A DNA stretch of 63,962 bases, counting the filler, from Choristocarpus tenellus KU-1152 (taxonomy: Eukaryota > Protista > Phaeophyceae): NCBI GenBank assembly GCA_964200185.2. It is 9 parts of 9 records of this genome, joined end to end, with 100 filler letters (N's around TTAATTAATTAA, not from the genome) between each part and the next. Parts side by side here need not be neighbours in the genome. Positions count along the whole stretch, not along the records: positions 33,758 to 39,358 come from CAXNAD020010281.1; positions 39,459 to 57,080 come from CAXNAD020000649.1; 7 more parts are not named here. One strand, given 5' to 3'. The translations under genes were made by a program, and so were the position numbers. The notes beneath the pieces are model-generated. The model saw nothing but the letters and a program-made list of their open reading frames with translations, was not told the DNA's origin and did no database searches. This document shows positions 38,301 to 49,074 of the stretch, piece by piece (the first letter of the stretch is position 1; every line of letters begins with the position of its first letter).

Positions 38301-39200
38301 TCTTCCACACAACTACGGATTGTTTCACGTATTTTGTAATATGGTAGACGATTCACAGGAACTGTACCTGGTTTAAGTGCAAATTCAACACTGATATTAT
38401 TGCAACAGCCTAGTTTCTCAGAAGTGAGTGAAAATACAGGTCAATATTTAGCAACAAGGTCAAGTAGTTCTTCTTTTTCATTATCAGATAACACAATATC
38501 TACCAGGACTTTTTTACTGAAAACTTCTTTTAACTCATCACGGGCTTGTTTAAACTCCTCTGGAGTGTTCAGAGTAGCCGCTATGGTACTGGTCTGTGCT
38601 TCAGAAAGGGTGTGAATTTGATCCACTGGTGCTATATGACCTACATCAAATTGAGGAGGTATCTTAACACCATGGTTGGAAGGGTTGGCAATTTTGACTA
38701 GGCAAGATCCATCCTCTTCCCAAACAATTAAAGACCGACTGACCATGATATCTTTCCATGGAGAGTGGTGATGTTCCTTGTTGATGAAATCCATGCTCGT
38801 CCTGGCAATGGACTCCACTACAGCGTCTTTGGCTGATCCAGGTAAGGCCTGAGAACACAATGAAACAACAGTTTCGGTTCCCGGTGCTTAATATTTTTTA
38901 TGTCTTAACATGTACAGGTATGGTAAACTCAATTGAAACTGTAGCCACTGCGTTGTCTGTTGAAAAGGTTTGAACGGTATTTTGACTGATGGTTGATGGA
39001 TTATCAATGGATATAGAAATTTTATGAGTGGCTGGAATGCGAACTGTGCTCCCAGAAAAATATTATTTCTTCTCCATCCCAATCCAACTTCGCTCCAAAA
39101 GCAGTCATGATACTTTGTCCAAAAGCATTTTGTCAACACCTAGGGAGGGTAGTGAAGGACATCAAGAAGGCTGGGGAAATCATAGATATTTCTGCTTCGG
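35330..39200 (-). mobile_element. Ty3/gypsy pol, frameshifted: protease-RT-RNase H-integrase-chromodomain
   Basis: PSLSPWASPVTIVSKLDGSPRFCLDFR; LPFGVANAP; IYLDDII; RVDASDVGMG; SDHSALRWL; CQSCQ; LHSDQGKEF; GNSILER; YFVEDIADHK...YRLRFRSFAPGSDVW. Confidence 0.93.
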
Positions 39201-39545
39201 AACCTTCGTAGTGTAAGATACGGAGAAGGAGGTTCATGACGCCATCGTGGCTGATGGCGTTCCTCGGTACATGGTGACGAACGATGTGGCTTCTATGTGT
39301 GTAGGCGGTGAAGTGTCGCGAACGCACGCCGCGCTGTTTTTCGTGCCACTACCTTCTCNNNNNNNNNNNNNNNNNNNNNNNNNNNNNNNNNNNNNNNNNN
39401 NNTTAATTAATTAANNNNNNNNNNNNNNNNNNNNNNNNNNNNNNNNNNNNNNNNNNNNACATTGTTTGGGGGGTGGGTGGGTTTGGGGGGATACTTTTTG
39501 TTCCATATCCTGAATCTTGAACCTCGGGGCGGGGGTGGGGGAAAG

Positions 39546-40127
39546 GCCACATAACTCGGGTCACTACACCTATGAGGCGTGTGATTGTGACCAGTTTGAA
39601 AACCACATCAGAGCTGTGATGGGAATGCCATTGGGGGGGACATCGCTGCGAGTAGGGGCAAGCCTCATGCTTAACATCTTGGGAGAATCTGGTGTATCCA
39701 TGGAGGAAACGAAGGGAACACTAGCTGAGATTCTTAATATACAAGGTTGGTATTATGGTTTGGATTTTTGTGGTTGATTGGGTGAATCAGTATGGGGGAG
39801 AGGGGAGGGGGTGGGGGGGGGCAATTGTGCTTGTATTAATTATTGACTTTTGACAACGTGTTGATTTTGAAATAAAATCTGTTGTCTGATTTGCTTTTTC
39901 TGCATTTCTTCTTATTGCACACACTGTGCTCTGTATTGGCGTAAGGTAGTGTGTGTGATTGATGAGGATTTCCTCTCCACTTTTCTCCCTCATCAATGCA
40001 TGCCTCCCAAATGGCAAATGGTGCAGGAGCTTCAATCCATGGGTACAGTAAGGGGGAGGTACGGCAAGGATGCAAAATGGGCCATGTTACTTTCTGTGCA
40101 ACCAGTCTCAGCAAGATATGGAAGAGC
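39546..40127 (+). pseudogene. purK: purK/ADE2 (AIR carboxylase ATP-grasp domain), two C-terminal exons (39546-39745, 40027-40127)
   Basis: RPHNSGHYTYEACDCDQFENHIRAVMGMPLG...MLNILG; GASIHGYSK...GCKMGHVT (consensus HWYGK...GRKMGH altered); phase-1 GT-AG intron. Confidence 0.85.
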
Positions 40128-42433
40128 GTGAGTCCCAGTATGTTCTATTTGTGTTCTATTTATTTGTCCCAACCCCCCCTAATGTATATGGCTCTATCAT
40201 GCCTGAGTCCCTGCCCTCTCCGGTCAATTGGGTATACTCAAGCCTTAGAGTTTTGTGGACTCACAAATGTATTCATGCCTTGGCCACCTTTACCTTCAGT
40301 GTCAATTGCAGGGTAATGTGAAGATTTAGTTGGCCTGATGTATAGAGAAGTACAATTTTTGATAAGGGTACTGTGAAAGGCCACTACAGGACAATGAAAA
40401 CACCACAGGTCACATTGAATGAGCTTGGGGGTGGGGGGGGGCGGGAAAGATGATCGCGCATTGTAAGTTTTGTGACCAGTTCCAAAATAAATAGTAGCAG
40501 CCTGGAGGCTAGCTCAGGAGCGGTGTCCTTTAGGCTCTTTTTCTGGCCTCAAGTTGTAGGTGTATTTTACTGACCACTAGACAGTTGTCCAGCTTGGAAG
40601 TTGGAGATCTGTGTTCAGCCAAAATATTTGTGTCCCTAGTAAGTCTCAACATATGTCCACTTTTACTTGGTATGTATGTGTATTTTCCGTTGGAGGCAAG
40701 GGAGGTTGAGGGAGTGGAGAGACACAGCATAGCTGATTGAAATTTTGCCATAATGAATGCCTTGAGATAATGGCCCAAATAGAGGCAGTGAGTAATCAAA
40801 GCAGGGGGATTGAGAGATGTATCTGAAGAAAGGATGGTGGGGGCTTGATGCCGCCAGACTTACTACCCATTAATTAGGTCATGTGTTCCCATTGACTATC
40901 CAGTCCCAATGTCCACATTCTTTTTTCAATTTTGGTCCTGAGGAGGAGAGATGACTGCACTAGCAACACTACCGAGTATTGTATGCCTGAGTAGCTGTCT
41001 TTGTCAACCCCTCTTTTTGCATTTAATTTTCCTTAAAGTTACTGAGCAGAGTCCATGTCTGGAAGTCCTCAAGTGCAATCACCGTTGGTACAACCTTTGC
41101 CCCCAACCCTTTCATATAGAAGAGCGAGCTTTACACACATTGCTCTGCTTTACTTTCAACAAACCAACAAAGCAAGTTCTATCTAAATTGGCTTACCATG
41201 CATGTTGCACAACCTGGCAGGTAAAAAGTACCTAAGACACATGCAATAGTCCTCAACACGCATCTTGCCAATAACTCCCAGCCTAGCCAATGCCCAGTCC
41301 AAGCCAAATCACACAAGGTGAGACCAGAAACAAGCCCCCCAAACCTCTCACCACTGGCACCAACTCTAAAAGTACAAAATAGACCGGCCAACACGCAAAC
41401 AACAACCGGAGGGATCCCCTGGTGGAGAGGAATCTATACAACCCGAAATTATTGAACTGAAAAGTATGACCGGAGAGTTGTGGTTCATTGAGAACCAAGA
41501 ATGAACGAAATTGCCATTCAAAGTTTGACCGATTATAGATGTGAAAAAATGCTTGTTTCCTCCATCTGTCTCAGCTCTTGGAAGAAAGGAACACTGCAAT
41601 CACCGTGAAAGTCCCTGGTAATGTGAGCTGTTGAATAAAAAATAATGTACACAGCTCTACATGCACAGCAGAATGTTACTTTCCATAGTTGAACACGCCA
41701 CTCTTGAATTGCACCGCATACGGATCCGACTCCTGGATGCGATCTCCCAAGTCTGAGGATCAACTACAGGGAGATTCTTCAAGGCTGCTTTGTCCCTCAT
41801 GTTTTAAAATAAAATAAAATGTTTCGAGTGTGTGTACTCTCAATGAAAAAAATCTAACAGTCGGGAAAAAAGCAATCTTTTCATATATACATATATTTCA
41901 AATATCGTTTTTTAGAATTCGTGCAGCAGTAGTGTCACTTAGACCTAGATGCCAAGGTAAGGCAGGCAACCATCAAATTTTTTACTTCTTGAACTCAAAA
42001 CAATCACAGTCAGGATTTTGATTCTAGTGCCATTCCTGCTTCTCAGCAGATCAGTCTGTACTACGAGGTAAAGGGAAACCAAAAAACAGTACACAAAATT
42101 AAAACAAAACACACAGAGAGAGCACAACTTGAACACCTACCACAACAAATATCGCATGAAACCACAGAAAAATTCCCAGATAGGAATATGTGGCATACTA
42201 GTGAAAATGCAGGTATCATCACCAAGTCCAATGAACATACAAGTCAAGTGGCGGCACTTCACAATTAACACAGCAAATGAGCACTATAGCACCTTCTTTA
42301 AAGTCCTCTTTATTATTGTAACCTCTCTGACAAGGTGGCAGGCGGTACTGTGAATGAGTGCTTCAAAAAATATCAAATGTCAGCACATATCAAGGGGCAT
42401 TGGAGGCTTAGGGTGAAGGACCCACACTCTCAC

Positions 42434-42605
42434 CATAATGGCCAGCTCCTTCTCATAGTCAACCCACTCTTCAACATAGAGCCCTCCCCACCTAGCCCAT
42501 CAAACGCTTGGCCTTGAGCATCAGGGGATAGCCAAACACCTTTCCTGCCTCTCGGACAGACACTACAGTTGGGGTATCCATGTACTGGGGCATGCGCACA
42601 CCATG
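42434..42605 (-). pseudogene. purK: purK/ADE2 internal exon with deletion and frameshift
   Basis: cag|HGVRMPQYMDTPT...GKVFGYPLMLKAKRL // LYVEEWVDYEKELAIM|gtgag; YDGRGN segment missing. Confidence 0.85.
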
Positions 42606-42710
42606 CTGAGGGGGGGAGAAAGAGAGGAAGGGTAAGGGAGAGGGATGTGAGTCGCACAGGCACAAGTGCTTCAGCTTACAAAAACATCTCCGAATTTTAC
42701 ACTAACCTTT

Positions 42711-42818
42711 GTGAATATCCTGTCTGCCCTGGAGGCTAGGGGACTCAAGGTTCAGCCAACCTCACATACAAGCTGCACGATCCAGGACAAATATGAACGG
42801 AAACAGCACTTCAAGCAG
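42711..42818 (+). pseudogene. purK: purK/ADE2 exon fragment, inverted duplicate
   Basis: VNILSALEARGLKVQPTSHTSCTIQDKYERKQHFKQ|gt. Confidence 0.82.
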
Positions 42819-42897
42819 GTACAGACTCCCCTCCTTCTCTCAGTATACCTTGAATATACCGTCTGCAGGGTATACTGAGGGAAGGGGGGGGTCTGTC

Positions 42898-43025
42898 TTG
42901 CTCGTAGTGCTGCTTCTGTTCATATTTGTCCTGAATCGTGCGGATTTTATGTGAGGTTGGCTGAACCTCGATCTCCACTGTAATGACGTCGCAGAGGTCT
43001 GTCAGTTGGCTGCAATGTTCAACAT
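42898..43025 (-). pseudogene. purK: purK/ADE2 exon with internal deletion
   Basis: LTDLCDVITVEIE//VQPTSHKIRTIQDKYEQKQHYEQ. Confidence 0.82.
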
Positions 43026-43445
43026 CGGTCAGTGGGGGCAAGAAAAGGGCCTTAGGAGGTATGCGAGCTTTGTAAGCTGATATTTCCGCATGCAGCAGAG
43101 AAGTTTCAACTACCTCCAGCATGAAGCTGATTTGCACGTCCAAAAAGAGTAACCTTACCTTTCCTGATCAGATCAATTGATCGTAAGGAGCACAACATTT
43201 CGGATACCAAGCTTGGGTCATATATTCCACGTCCTAGGGCGAAGAGAACGTCCATGTCATGCTAGTCGCTGTATGTAACCAAAGTTGCAATTGATGGCCC
43301 ACTTTGAGGACGAAAGACGGGTTGGTGCATCCGTTAAGTACTAGAGAGGTTGTCAAGCATCACCCCGAAAGTCATTCAATGGGGGGTAGCAGATGACTAA
43401 GCACAGATGTCCTCTCAGCCGATAACTCAATCTTAATCGAATCCC

Positions 43446-43604
43446 TTAGCTCCCTTCAACTGCCAGTTCAGTCACTTGTCCAGCTGGGAACACCTTCCCC
43501 AGTGTGTTAAGCACGGTCAGAATAATGCCTAGGCGGTGGGCTGCCTCAGCCATCATGCCACCCAACTGGCCACCACCAAGCACCCCAACCGTTCTGGGGT
43601 CCAT
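43446..43604 (-). pseudogene. purK: purK/ADE2 first exon
   Basis: MDPRTVGVLGGGQLGGMMAEAAHRLGI... (consensus GGGQLGRM), ends in TAA. Confidence 0.88.
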
Positions 43605-44255
43605 AATCGAGCGATGAATGGGGAGGTAACAAGGATTTGAGATTGAAGGAGGAGGGGTGTAAGATATGTAAGTGGTATTCTCGCCACGTAGCACTACAGA
43701 GCATATTTTGATTTTATTGTAAGTATGAATTGTGTGATTCCGTGGTGACGTGGTTCCCTCAGGTAAGGGTGGCAAAGAGAATCACCGGGCAAGACGAACC
43801 AGACGGACCAAGATGAACGGTAACCGAGAGGATGAGGTTAAGGTTGGACAAGTGCAAGACTGCAAGGACTTCCAGACAAACTGTGGGATGATGAGAATCT
43901 TCCGAGAGGGAAATCATCACAAATTTCCGAAGTAATGCATATACCTAGTTACAGGGATGTGGATTACTTGTGGGATTGGTTTCTTGCACAAAACTCCCCA
44001 CCTCAATTATTTGGAAGATTCTCCACTGGAATCAGAAAATCCTGACAAGGAAACCCCAATCGGTATGATGGTATTTGATGTACGGCATTAACAGTATAGC
44101 AACAGGCAAACATGCTTTCCACATCATTCCCCCTTGTGATCGACCTTGAAGGTATTTAGACATGATTCAAGGTCATACAAAAAGTGAGCTCTGGGAGTGA
44201 AATGGGAAACATGTGTGATTGTTAGTATACTATGGTGCCACTCTATTACACGACT

Positions 44256-44691
44256 GAGCCAAAGTATCTTAGAGGGTAGGGCCGCGTCCATTTGGGGGTC
44301 AAAATTCAATGTTGCGATTTTGATGTAATTTTGGCTATCGTGTTTGTTAGGAAGTGTGAATATCCTTGCTCTAGACACAGTTTTTCATAATGTACACATT
44401 TTATAAAGGGTGGAATAGATGCTTGGTCTAATATTATAGATTCCAGTATAAGAAAATATTAATGATAATATGGTAAAGGGTCAAATTTATGTCAAACCAA
44501 GAATTAGAGCAACTAGCAGATCGATTGCAGAAAAGTGATGAGTATCTTGTTGTTAGAAAATACCAAAAGCCTAAAGTTTACCTACTCCGAAACATTTTGG
44601 TGTAGGAAAATGTCATAAAAAATCCCATGGGAAGCCAAGCTCCAAATGGACAAACTGGGCAAAACTCGTACCCTCTAAGATATTTTCACTC
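44256..44691 (+). mobile_element. MITE family A nested in the LTR element, carrying a ~177-bp foreign insert
   Basis: Both TIRs present; 4-bp TSD gact/gact; longer than the family norm by the insert at 44404-44580. Confidence 0.88.
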
Positions 44692-45200
44692 GACTCCATA
44701 AATGAAAAATGAAGTGTACTATATAAATGAGGCACATAATAAATATCTGATCAGGATAACATTAGCCTAATGTTGATGGTGTGTGGTCAGCGCACCAATC
44801 AAGCTTACGAGGTCTGAGAGTATGGGATCAGGATATCAATCAGCCTAGAGATGGGGTGAGAGGTATGTGTGGCCATAATATAGGGTCTCTATTATCATGT
44901 ATAGAACAGAGGATATACTCAGAGTGGGGATACGAGGAGCAAATACTGTATGATGTCACTAAAGGGTTTGACCAGTGTTTGTGATTCGACATTGCTACGC
45001 AGGTGTTACACGATTATTTGATCACCACTTTGATGTGTGAAATAACATCGCGTGTTACATGACCATATCAACACAGCAAGCGACGAAATCAAATGCGTGC
45101 ACCCATTCTCCTTCGTCAATTCTGACATCGATCGGAATATGGCTCATGATGACTACAGTATTCCAAGTGGGCAGCTTGTAGGTACGATGTTGGTGGCTTA

Positions 45201-45432
45201 GAACCAAAGTATCTTAGAGGGTAGAGCCGCGTTTATTTGGGGTTCTAAATCCAATGTTGCGATTTTGATGTAATTTTGGCTATCGTATTTGTTAGGAAGT
45301 GTCAACATCTATGTTTAGGACACACCTTTTCATAACATACACATTTTACCTACTGCTAAACATTTTGGAGCAGAAAAATGTAAAAAACCCCATGGAATCA
45401 AAGCCCCAAATGGACAAACAGGGAAAACGATA
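45201..45432 (+). mobile_element. MITE family A, right end lost
   Basis: GAACCAAAGTATCTTAGAGGGTA start and family internal sequence. Confidence 0.82.
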
Positions 45433-46702
45433 GGTTACAACATTATGCCAATGCATGACATGCAGACTATGCAAAGGAGTATTATAACAGTAAATACAAA
45501 TTCTCAAGTCAACACTGTGTGGGACGAGAATTTTACTGGTTATCCAGTCCATTTACTGCATGATAGGCTGCAATCATTTAAAGGCATTGTGGGATCTGTT
45601 CTGTCTTTTTGTGAAGATCACAGGATGGTCCATAGCCACAAAGATTAAAGCGATAGATAACATTAGTAGCTGAACGATGACCAGGACCAGGCCTATGTCC
45701 AATGATGCTATCAATAGTGTATTGGCCAATAACAGATTGAGAGATTTGATGGTCTACATCCAGTAATGGTAATGGTTTTCCCAGGAACAAATAATCCAGT
45801 TCATTCAAATTTGGTGTGCGAGGTTGGACTTGTGGATAGTAATGCTTTATTCTACCCAGATGAACGGAAAAGAGGCGTGGGTTTCCGGGTAGTACTACCC
45901 TGTATATGATAGGTGATACCTTAGGATGTACTTCATACAGACGCCTCCAAAGGTGAAGTAACTTCAGATTCGGACCATCAGTTCTCTCATGCGGCATATG
46001 GACTAGAACTTGATCACCAGGTACGAAAACGGAGAACTCGAGATGTTGGTTGACACGCTCGTGATTTTTTACGTGTTTATGGAGATAATGACGTGCCAAC
46101 TCAAAAGCAAGCTGTAAATTATCTTTGTTTGCTAAGTAAAATCTTCAGTAGTAACATCTGAATCAGCGTTAGACGAACCAAGGATAATATCGAGAGGCAA
46201 AGGAGCTTGTCTTCCAAACAGAAGGAAGAACGGAGTTTTATGCAACTTTTTACTGAATGCTATGTAATGGGTAACTGTACAAATGGCAGTAACAATGCCC
46301 AGTTATCCTCAGCAACAGAGATATACATTGTTAGCATAGAATGCAACATAGCATGTACTCTCTCTAACACAGAGTTTCCTTGGGGGTGATACAGTGTGGT
46401 TTTGGTTTTCTTGTAATCAAAGACTGCAACTCTGCAACAACACTGTTTTCAAATTCGGTATCTTGATCGGAGTGTCACAACTCGGGTGGACCAAAAATTG
46501 AAAATACATGTCCTACCAGTGTATGAGCATTTGTTGCGGCATCTTTATTTGGAACAGGACTCAGCACAACAAAACGAGTGAGGTGATCAATAGCAGATAA
46601 CACATATGAGCACACCACACCGTTTGCTGCTGGGGAACGTGTTTTGTACCCTACCAAATCAAGAGCAACACGTTGAAATGGTCCGTCAACGGGCAGGCCA
46701 GT

Positions 46703-46959
46703 GAGTGAAAGTATCTTAGAGGGTACGAGTTTGGCCTGTTTGTCCATTTGAGGCTTGACTTCCCATGGTTTTTTGCATGACATTTTCCTACTCCAAAATG
46801 TGTCGGAGTAGGTAAAACGTATAGTTATGAAAAGGTGTGTCGGGAACAAGGATATTGACACTTCCTGACAAACACGATAGCCAAAATTTCATCAAAATCA
46901 CAACATTGGATTTTGGCCCCCAAATGGACGCGGCCCTACCCTCTAAGATACTTTGACTC
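46703..46959 (-). mobile_element. MITE family A inserted in gypsy integrase
   Basis: Near-perfect TIRs; TSD cagt/catt; removing it restores the frame TTLPTGLPVDGPFQRVALD. Confidence 0.92.
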
Positions 46960-49074
46960 CATTGGGAAGTGTAGTTCTGTTGCAAGTAGTCTTATGTGTT
47001 TGGCATGCTTGACAATCACGACACCATGTATGAACCTCGATATTGAATGTTGGTCACCAATATGAGCCTCTAACCTTATCGAACGTGGGTTTGAAACCTA
47101 AGTGACCTCCAGACAGTGCATGGTCATGACAACCATGGAGTACAAGATGGACTAACAAGCAAGGAACGATCAACTGGACTCTAAACGTGCTCCTCTTATG
47201 AAGATGGCCTGGTAAATGGGACTGATACAGTAGGTCATTACGAAGGAAAAAATACGACATAGACATCATATATTCCTTATCACGTGATGGGGCAACATCG
47301 AGGGATTGCAAATACCTGAAATATGGTCTGAACTCGGATTCCTGCTACTTGCGCAATTGATCCAGGTCCACTGCAAAAAACAGTAGTGGAACCAGTAAAT
47401 AGGTCATGATCACTTTGGACGGTTGTTGCTCTTGCCAATCAAGGATTGCACCCAAGGCCTCCAGGATACTATTGTCAAGTAGTATTTTGCTGGGACCAAG
47501 TTCAGGAATTGCTCCACTTCTCTCCAGAGGTATTGAATCTCTCTTTGGGGTGGTATGAAGTCCGAACGAGGAAATAGCATGGGAGGGGGTGACCACGTCA
47601 ATGAAAAACCTTGTGGGCATCTTCCCATGACGCTGGAGAGGTTATAATGGGGACAGGGGTGTCAAGAGAAGACTGCAATCTGGTCAATTCACTTGTTGAA
47701 CGCCATTCTATTGTATCAGTCAACACCTGAAAGTAGAAGGTTTCGGCAGGTCCTTGAAGAATTGTTGGTAAAGATTCTACACAACAAGCATCAACCATTT
47801 CAGGGGATGTAGGACTGTACTGACTAGAATGCAGGGTGATTGCAACGCGCCATTTAGAGAACAGAAGTGGCAGATCTTCTTCTCCAGAACCTGTGATTGT
47901 CAGACCAGTCGGGATTTCTGAAGTGGAAAATCTAAAATGGTTCCCTTCTGACATTGATTGTGGGTATGAGACATCGCTACTCTGTTCATCAGGTTTCGTG
48001 CAATTGATGCCATTGCCCTGAACTTCAAGCTTCAACAGATCCTGAAGTCATTCATGAGGCACAGTTTTTGTTCTGGCAAACTCATGCACAAGATGTGCAA
48101 TGAAGTCTGGTACAGCATCTCCGAACTGAGCCTGTGAAATGACCACAAGTAGTGGAACTTGGAGGTGGGACAGGATCGTCCTGAAAATGGACCTGACGAG
48201 TGTCACGGTCGCCCGAGCTGACACGTGCTCAAAGGTCAACAACACGGTTCCTGCATGACCACGACGATCTGTTGGGGAAGAAGGAGAGGACCTTCATCTA
48301 CGACCAGCATTTCTTGTGTTATTAGATGATGAGGATGAGTGACTGAACGTATCGGAATCATGGTTTGTTGAGGATTCCATGTCCTCTATTGACTCATGCT
48401 CATCAACCTGTTCCTCTAATGATCTTGCTTCCTCCAATTGTTGAGTCAGGCGCTCTAGTTCAGGATGCTTTCTTCTTGATCTTGCGTTTGGCATCTTCAG
48501 TCAGCAATCAAACAAAAATTACCCGTCACCCTATCTCGGAGCCGACCAGTGTCACCAACATGAATAGTGTGATTCTGTGGCAACGTGGTTCCCTCAGGTA
48601 AGGGTAGCGAAGAGAATCACCGGGCAAGACTGATCAGGCGGACCAAGATGAACCATAACCAAGAGGATGAGGTTAAGGTTGGACAAGTGCAAGACTGCAA
48701 GAACTTGCAGAAATATTGTGGAGTGACTAGTGATGCGAATCTTACGAGAGGGTAATCATCACAAAATTCCAAAGTAATGCACATCTCTGGTTACAGGGAT
48801 GTGTATTACTTGTGGGATTGGTTTCTCGCACAAAATTCCCCACCTCCATTATTTGGAAGATTCTCCACTGGAATCAGAAAATCCTGACAAGGAAACCTCA
48901 ATCAGTATAATGGTATAACGGTGTATGGCATACGGCAATAACGGTATAAGCGCAGAAAAAAGTGCTTTCCACATAAGTGAGAAATTCCAGTGTGGTTGTG
49001 GTTGTGGACAACCACTAGACCTCTACAACAGTAGTAGTCCCACATTGATTACGTCCTCCACACAAGTAGCTGAG

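Larger units (their letters stand above)
43725..48974 (-). mobile_element. Full-span Ty3/gypsy chromodomain LTR element lacking RT/RNase H (non-autonomous)
   Basis: ~400-bp LTRs at 43725-44124 and 48560-48974; TSD (t)aagt on both sides; PBS-like TGGTGACACTGG and PPT on minus strand; protease-region, integrase (CHDHALSGGHLG, PFQRVALD, AIDHLTRF) and chromodomain relics. Confidence 0.9.
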
